The translations under genes were made by a program, and so were the position numbers. This document shows positions 58,775-64,000 of a stretch of 64,000 nt of DNA, piece after piece. Position 1 is the first letter of the stretch; every line of letters begins with the position of its first letter. The notes beneath the pieces were generated by a model. It was not told the DNA's origin. It did not search any database and saw only the letters and a list, made by a program, of their open reading frames with translations. The DNA is from Myxococcales bacterium. GTDB lineage: Bacteria; Myxococcota_A; Polyangia; Polyangiales; DASUME01. The stretch lies in contig JASGJH010000001.1 of the NCBI GenBank assembly GCA_047601445.1, positions 2,048,001 through 2,112,000 on the forward strand, written 5' to 3'.

Positions 58775-60474
58775 CCAGCCCCCAGGACGCGCAGGGTCTC
58801 GTGACGCCGCCCGATCTCGAAGCGCAGAGAGCTCGGCGCGCGCCGCAGGTCGAGCGCCAAGACCTCGTCCAGCAACCCACGCGCGATGGCCAGGCGTCCA
58901 TCGCGCTCCACTTGCTCGGAGCGACGCAGGAAACAACGCGCGACGGCTCGGATCAGCAGCGGATTGCGCTCCACCCGCGCGCGCTCCACCTCGATGGCGC
59001 GCCGGAACAGGGCCAGCGCCTGCGCGTACTCGTCGCGCGCAGCGTGCATCAGGCCCGCGACGATGATCGGCAATGCCCAGTCCGGACGACAGCTCGCAGC
59101 CGCCTCGAAGCGTGCGAGCGCGCGGCCGGTCGCCCCCAGGATGAGCCAGATGCGTCCGCTCAGATAGTGGCGGAACGAGCGCAGCCGGACGCCAAAGGAC
59201 GGCAGCGTGGGCTCGGTGTCTCGATCGCGCTCGGTGCTCAGCACGAGGCCTCCCTCGCCCGGGGGTTCCTCGCCGCGCAGCACCAGACGGGCGCGCGTCT
59301 GATCGGCCGCCTCCTCCGCCGCAGCACGCAGCGCACCGCTCGAGGACTCACGCGCGACGCGCACGAGCTCGAGCAGCGCTCTCCCATCCGCGATGCGCCC
59401 CAGCGTATGGGCGGCCTTGCTGGAGAGCACGTGGTCATCGCCGCGCAGAAAGGGCAGCACCGCCGGCACGTCCTCGGGACCGCCGACCGTGCGCAGGGCT
59501 TCGATCGCGCGCACGAGCACGTGACGGTCCTGGCTGCGCAGCTGCGCCCGCACGTAGTCCGCGGCGCGCACATCTCCGAAACGACCGAGCGCCGCCCCCA
59601 GCGCGATGCGCTCGATGTCGACCACGCTGCGCTCGTAGGCCCGCAAGAGCGCCGGCCAGACTCGCGGGTCGTCGATGCGGCTGATCGCCCGCGCCGCTTC
59701 GATCACCATGCTGCTCTCGCGCTCCTCGAGCAGGGAGACCAGCGACGCTACCAGGCGCGTGTCCCCGGCATAGCGCACCGCCGAGAGCACCGACCTCTGC
59801 AGCTCCACATCGATGGATGTGGTGTTACCCTCGATCAAGGCAGCCACGTGGGCCAGCACCAGGTCGCTCAGTTCCCGGGCGTGCAAGAGCAGGAGCGCGC
59901 GCGCGTCGCCCGACAGCCCCAGCAGTGGGTCCTCGCTGGAATCACCCTCCCAGTAGCGGCGCACGTTGGTCTCCAGCTTGCCAGCCAACGACCTCACTTC
60001 TTGCGCCGTCTCCAGCGCGTCCTTGGCGCGCGGCCCCGACAGCAGCTGCTGGCAGGCGCGCAGCTCAGGCGCGATCTCCACGTCGAGCAGGTGCTCGAGG
60101 ACTTCCTGGATTTGATGGCGATCCTCGGTGTCGAGATCGTCTTCACTCAAGCGCTCGGCCAACCGCCGCGCCGCGACCCGGCGCTGCCACAGCGAACCTG
60201 CCCGAAGCACCGCGAGCAAGGTCGGCACGTGACCCAGCTCCGCCAGGCTCTGCTGGCCAGCCCGACTGCCCTCCGACTGCAGACGCCCCAGGAACGAGCG
60301 ATCGGGGCCCGCCACCGGCGCCGGTAGCTGACTCTCACGCGGCTCGGAAGCCGAGAGCCGCGCAGGCTCCGTGCGCTCGAGCCGGGCGACGTCCGCCGCC
60401 GCGACCCCCGCGATGAGAGCCCGCGAAAGCGCCCGGTCATCCGCCCCCTCGCCCGCGGACAAGGACTCACGCAA
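58771..60474 (-). CDS. HEAT-repeat and TPR protein
   Basis: HEAT-like repeats in the middle, TPR-like C-terminus. The frame stays open upstream to a TAG at 60553-60555, so the true start is uncertain. Confidence 0.75.
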   Translation of the reverse strand: MRESLSAGEGADDRALSRALIAGVAAADVARLERTEPARLSASEPRESQLPAPVAGPDRSFLGRLQSEGSRAGQQSLAELGHVPTLLAVLRAGSLWQRRVAARRLAERLSEDDLDTEDRHQIQEVLEHLLDVEIAPELRACQQLLSGPRAKDALETAQEVRSLAGKLETNVRRYWEGDSSEDPLLGLSGDARALLLLHARELSDLVLAHVAALIEGNTTSIDVELQRSVLSAVRYAGDTRLVASLVSLLEERESSMVIEAARAISRIDDPRVWPALLRAYERSVVDIERIALGAALGRFGDVRAADYVRAQLRSQDRHVLVRAIEALRTVGGPEDVPAVLPFLRGDDHVLSSKAAHTLGRIADGRALLELVRVARESSSGALRAAAEEAADQTRARLVLRGEEPPGEGGLVLSTERDRDTEPTLPSFGVRLRSFRHYLSGRIWLILGATGRALARFEAAASCRPDWALPIIVAGLMHAARDEYAQALALFRRAIEVERARVERNPLLIRAVARCFLRRSEQVERDGRLAIARGLLDEVLALDLRRAPSSLRFEIGRRHETLRVLGAG

Positions 60475-60603
60475 GCTGGCGTCTGGATCGCAGCCCAGGC
60501 CAGCGCGCAGACCACGGACGAGGACTTCGGTGTTGGCTGCGCGATCCGTAGGCTACTCCTTCCAAGAACTCAGCAAGCTTTGCGGCGGACGCTACGAGGA
60601 CCT

Positions 60604-61149
60604 TCAAGGCAGGAGATCGGAGCTCAGCTCATCTCCTAATTCGTTGGCGCTCTCCTCTTCGTCCTCATCATCGATCGCGCGCTTCTCGAGCAACCCGTCC
60701 TCGTCGCCGTCCAAGTCGAGTCCGTCCACCATCGGGTCGTCCACTCCCTCGAGTCCGCCGTCATCGGTCAACGATTCGTCGTCGTCCAGGTCCAAGTCGT
60801 CACCGAGGGCGCTCCCCATCCCCTCGCTGTCTTCTGTCCAGCGCTCGTCCTCATCGTCGAGATCGAGCTCGTCCTCGATCTCCAACGATTTCTCGTCCAG
60901 GCTCCAGCGCGACTCCCCGTCGTCGAGGTCGTCCGCATCGAGGAGCTCCGCACCGAGGGCGCCTTCGCCGCGCTCGTCCGCGCCTGTCTCCGCATCGAGC
61001 CCGATCTCCTCTGGGCCGCCCCCGATGTCCGCGAGCACGATGTCGTCCGCGTCCGGGGTTCCCACGAGTTCTTCGTCGCCCTCAAGCTGCGTGTCTTCGT
61101 CGTCTTCCAGATCCGGGAAGACGAGCTCGTCAGGAAGAACTTTGCCCAC
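60604..61149 (-). CDS. Extremely acidic low-complexity protein
   Basis: From GTG 61149: 181 aa, about 75 Asp/Glu against about 7 Lys/Arg by manual count. Confidence 0.7.
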   Translation of the reverse strand: MGKVLPDELVFPDLEDDEDTQLEGDEELVGTPDADDIVLADIGGGPEEIGLDAETGADERGEGALGAELLDADDLDDGESRWSLDEKSLEIEDELDLDDEDERWTEDSEGMGSALGDDLDLDDDESLTDDGGLEGVDDPMVDGLDLDGDEDGLLEKRAIDDEDEEESANELGDELSSDLLP

Positions 61150-61202
61150 GATTTCGAGGCTACCAGCCTTGTTGCGTGCTTGCACGCACGGCTGACGGCC
61201 GC

Positions 61203-62012
61203 TCACGGGGTGTCGCGCAGCCGAGCCATCACTTTCTGCAGGTCCTCCCACACGGGGCGCTTGAATTCAGGGCTCCGGAGCAGAAATGCCGGGTGATACG
61301 TCGGCATCACGGGCACCCCGCGAAACATCCCCCAGCGGCCGCGCCAGCCCCCACCCGCGGGGACCAGCCCCATGTTTTCGGCGGCGCAGCGCCCGAGAGC
61401 CACGATGACGCGCGGGGCCACCAAATCCAGCTGCTCCTCCAGGAACGGAGAGCAAGCGCCCGCTTCCGAGGGCAAGGGCGTCCGGTTCCCCGGGGGACGA
61501 CACTTCACCACATTGCAGATGTAGACGTCTTCGCGGCCGTAGCCCATGGCGGCGACCATCTTGTCGAGCAGCTTGCCGGCGGCGCCCACGAACGGAAGGC
61601 CCTGCAGGTCCTCTTCCTGCCCTGGACCTTCCCCGACGAATACGAGGGGCGACTCCGGGTTGCCGCGCGCGAACACCGTCTGAGTCCGTCCTTTGGCCAG
61701 GTCGCAGCGGGTGCAGCCCCGCACCTCTTCGGAGATCGCCGCTAGACGCACCCGACGGTCGCCGATCGACGGGCTCCCAATGTCCCGCACGAGCTGCGGC
61801 GGAGCGCTCACGGACGCCACCATCGGTGTGTTCGGGAGCTCCGTGGCCGCAGGCGCACCGGTCGCTCGCTCGGCCGCAGGCCCACGCTCCGTGCTGCTGC
61901 GTGCGCTCCGCGTTACCTGCGGAATTCCGATGCCTCCGGTCTGGGCCTCCCACTCCAAGTGGGCCCGAATCTCCCGCAGCACCGCCGTGCGTTCGTCCAG
62001 CGCTCGCGTCAC
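61203..62012 (-). CDS. Uracil-DNA glycosylase family 4
   Basis: CTRCDL, GEGPG..ED..GLPFVG, NVVKCRPPGNR, TYHPAFLLR; GTG start at 62012 with RBS. Confidence 0.92.
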   Translation of the reverse strand: MTRALDERTAVLREIRAHLEWEAQTGGIGIPQVTRSARSSTERGPAAERATGAPAATELPNTPMVASVSAPPQLVRDIGSPSIGDRRVRLAAISEEVRGCTRCDLAKGRTQTVFARGNPESPLVFVGEGPGQEEDLQGLPFVGAAGKLLDKMVAAMGYGREDVYICNVVKCRPPGNRTPLPSEAGACSPFLEEQLDLVAPRVIVALGRCAAENMGLVPAGGGWRGRWGMFRGVPVMPTYHPAFLLRSPEFKRPVWEDLQKVMARLRDTP

Positions 62013-62113
62013 CGCCCCCTCGTACCCGTTGTCCGGAGCGCATGCAATGGCACGCTCGACACGGCCCGCGGTGGCGAGCAGCGCTGCCCTCGTGACGGCT
62101 GCCGACTTCTGCA

Positions 62114-63085
62114 ATGACACGGGCGCGTGCTACGGATGGGCCCAACGTGCGCGCCGCCGTCATCGTCAATCCCAATGCAGGCGCCCTGCGCCGAAACCCC
62201 AAGTTGGCAGATCGCTTGAGGGAATCGTGCCGCGGGCGTGCCGAACTCCTAGTCACGCAGGACGACGCCCATCTGGGGGAAGTCGTGCAGACGATCGCGG
62301 ACCACGGTGTCGAACGCGTGGCCGTAGTCGGCGGCGACGGCACGGCCTCGGTGACCCTCACCAGCCTCTGGAAGGCCTACGCCGATCGCCCGCTTCCGAG
62401 CGTGTCCTTCCTGCGCGGCGGGACCATGAACACGATCGCCAACTCCCTGGGCATCAGCCGACGCAACCCTGGTTGGCTGCTCGACCGAACCCTGCAGGCG
62501 TGGGGCAACGGTGAGAGCAGAAAACTGAAAGCCCGCCCCACGCTGCGCATCGGCGATCGTCTGGGCTTCCTGTTCGGGACGGGGCTGATGTACGGCTACC
62601 TGGCCGAATACTATGCCGTCGGAAACGGCCAACCGACTCCAGTGACCGCCGCGACGGTGCTGGCCAAGGCCGTGGGCAGCGCCCTGGTTGGCGGCAAGAC
62701 CTTCGAGCGCATCCTACAGCCGCGCAAGCTCCAGGTGGTGTTCTCGACCGGGCACTGGGAGACACGCAACTACATGACGATTGGCGCGGGCACCGTGGTG
62801 CAGGCGGGGCTCGGATTTCAGCCTTTCTATCGAGCATTCGAGAGCGACGAGCGCTTCCACTTGCTCGCCGTCAAAGGACGAGCCCACGCGGTCGCTCAGG
62901 ACATGCCGAGGATCTGGCTCGGGCGCGGCTTCCGGCCAGAGACCGCCGAGGAGACCACCACAGAATGGGCAGAGCTCTCCTGCGCCGATGGTGCATTTGG
63001 GTACTTCGTCGACGGCGACCTACTCACCGCCCCGGGACACCTGTCGTTGGGTGTGGGCCCGCGATTCAATATCCTCCGCATTTGA
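62114..63085 (+). CDS. Diacylglycerol/lipid kinase family protein
   Basis: VIVNPNAG, GGDGT, GGTMNTIA and VDGD motifs. Confidence 0.88.
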   Translation: MTRARATDGPNVRAAVIVNPNAGALRRNPKLADRLRESCRGRAELLVTQDDAHLGEVVQTIADHGVERVAVVGGDGTASVTLTSLWKAYADRPLPSVSFLRGGTMNTIANSLGISRRNPGWLLDRTLQAWGNGESRKLKARPTLRIGDRLGFLFGTGLMYGYLAEYYAVGNGQPTPVTAATVLAKAVGSALVGGKTFERILQPRKLQVVFSTGHWETRNYMTIGAGTVVQAGLGFQPFYRAFESDERFHLLAVKGRAHAVAQDMPRIWLGRGFRPETAEETTTEWAELSCADGAFGYFVDGDLLTAPGHLSLGVGPRFNILRI

Positions 63086-63139
63086 CTTCCACCAGTCGTG
63101 GCTGTTAGCGTCAAGCCCGGGTAATTTGGAGGTTTTCTC

Positions 63140-63907
63140 GTGCGTGTAGAAACGGCTGGCGAGACGAACGTCGGCATGAAACGCAATCACAACGAGGACA
63201 ACTACGCCATCCTCAACGACGAAGACCTCTTCATCGTTGCAGACGGCATGGGTGGCCACGCGTCTGGTGAAGTGGCGAGCCAAATGGCGATCGACACCAT
63301 GCGGGACTTCTTCCGCGCGACCAGCAAGGATCCCGAAGCCACTTGGCCTTACAAGATGGACAAGAGCCGTGGCTATCAGGAGAACCGGCTGATCACTGGC
63401 ATCAAGTTGGCCAACCTTCGCATTTTCGAGGCGGCGCAGCGCAACGCGGGGCAGCGCGGCATGGGCACCACCATGGTGTCCTTGCTCGCGGTGGACGACG
63501 GCGTGCTGGTCGGACACGTGGGCGACTCGCGCGTCTATCGGCTGCGAGATGGCAAACTCACGCAGCTCACCGAAGACCACTCGCTGCTCAACGACTACAT
63601 CAAGATGAAGCGCTTGAGCCCCGAGGAGATCGCCAACTTTCCTCACAAGAACGTGATCGTCCGCGCCCTGGGTATGAAGGAGAGCGTCAAGGTCGACTGC
63701 TTCCTCGACAAGCCCGAGGTAGGCGACGTCTACGTGCTGTGCACCGATGGTTTGAGCGGCCCCGTTACCGATGCCGAGATCGCCGAGATCATGCAGAACA
63801 ATCGGCACGACCTCAACGGCGTGAGCAAGGGCCTGATCGAGCGCGCCAACAAGAACGGCGGCCCCGACAACATCACGGTGATCCTGGCCAAGGTCCTCGC
63901 GGCCTGA
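63140..63907 (+). CDS. PP2C-type Ser/Thr phosphatase (Stp1/Pph1-like)
   Basis: RNHNED, VADGMGGH, GMGTT, HVGDSR, LCTDGL and GGPDNIT motifs. Confidence 0.95.
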   Translation: MRVETAGETNVGMKRNHNEDNYAILNDEDLFIVADGMGGHASGEVASQMAIDTMRDFFRATSKDPEATWPYKMDKSRGYQENRLITGIKLANLRIFEAAQRNAGQRGMGTTMVSLLAVDDGVLVGHVGDSRVYRLRDGKLTQLTEDHSLLNDYIKMKRLSPEEIANFPHKNVIVRALGMKESVKVDCFLDKPEVGDVYVLCTDGLSGPVTDAEIAEIMQNNRHDLNGVSKGLIERANKNGGPDNITVILAKVLAA

Positions 63908-63923
63908 GGCCCATGGAGTTGCC

Positions 63924-64000
63924 ATGCTGAGGGGCGCTCATGAGCCGGCCCTCAAGCTCCTGGCGGCAGAGCTCGTGCGGCGCGTGGTGCGCACGCTCAC
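63924..64000 (+). CDS. Partial CDS running off the window end
   Basis: ATG at 63924 after GGAG; open to the window end (MLRGAHEPALKLLAAEL...). Confidence 0.4.
   Translation, partial: MLRGAHEPALKLLAAELVRRVVRTL

Noticed and set aside
1..64000. CRISPR arrays, tRNA/rRNA genes, IS elements, prophage
   Set aside because: No regularly spaced direct repeats, cloverleaf or rRNA signatures, transposase/integrase or phage structural motifs were seen by eye.

Overview
GC-rich, gene-dense chromosomal segment, most likely from a myxobacterium (Myxococcota, Polyangiales-like). This is inferred from Glt-type gliding genes, an MXAN_5187-like protein, many HEAT/TPR proteins, a Ser/Thr kinase and a PP2C phosphatase. 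In order, the window holds: gliding-motility genes (gltD/agmU-like partial, gltC-like, cglC/gltK-like lipoprotein, two GltA/GltB-type barrels flanking ftsY); uvrA-pdxA-atypical response regulator; a TlpA/DsbA pair; RNase P RNA; a zincin-FG-GAP lipoprotein; an ATPase-less peptide ABC unit; asnS, pgsA, ddl; a kinase-HEAT-repeat operon; a 9-gene sulfur operon; the rpsP-khpA-rimM-trmD-rplS operon; a tetraheme cytochrome; and a UDG operon. The sulfur operon encodes a CymR-like Rrf2, CysK, a ThiF/MoeB E1, a CysO-like ubiquitin-fold carrier, a mini pseudo-E1, a CysM-like synthase, a JAMM protease and AprAB. The most striking observation is that its E1 function appears split into two complementary polypeptides: a catalytic subunit lacking the N-terminal Arg finger, and a 124-aa inactive subunit carrying it. 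This parallels eukaryotic heterodimeric E1s (UBA2/SAE1, UBA3/NAE1). Three genes carry single-base insertions that look like assembly errors. No CRISPR array, tRNA, rRNA or mobile element was seen. All family assignments come from motif recognition, not database searches.
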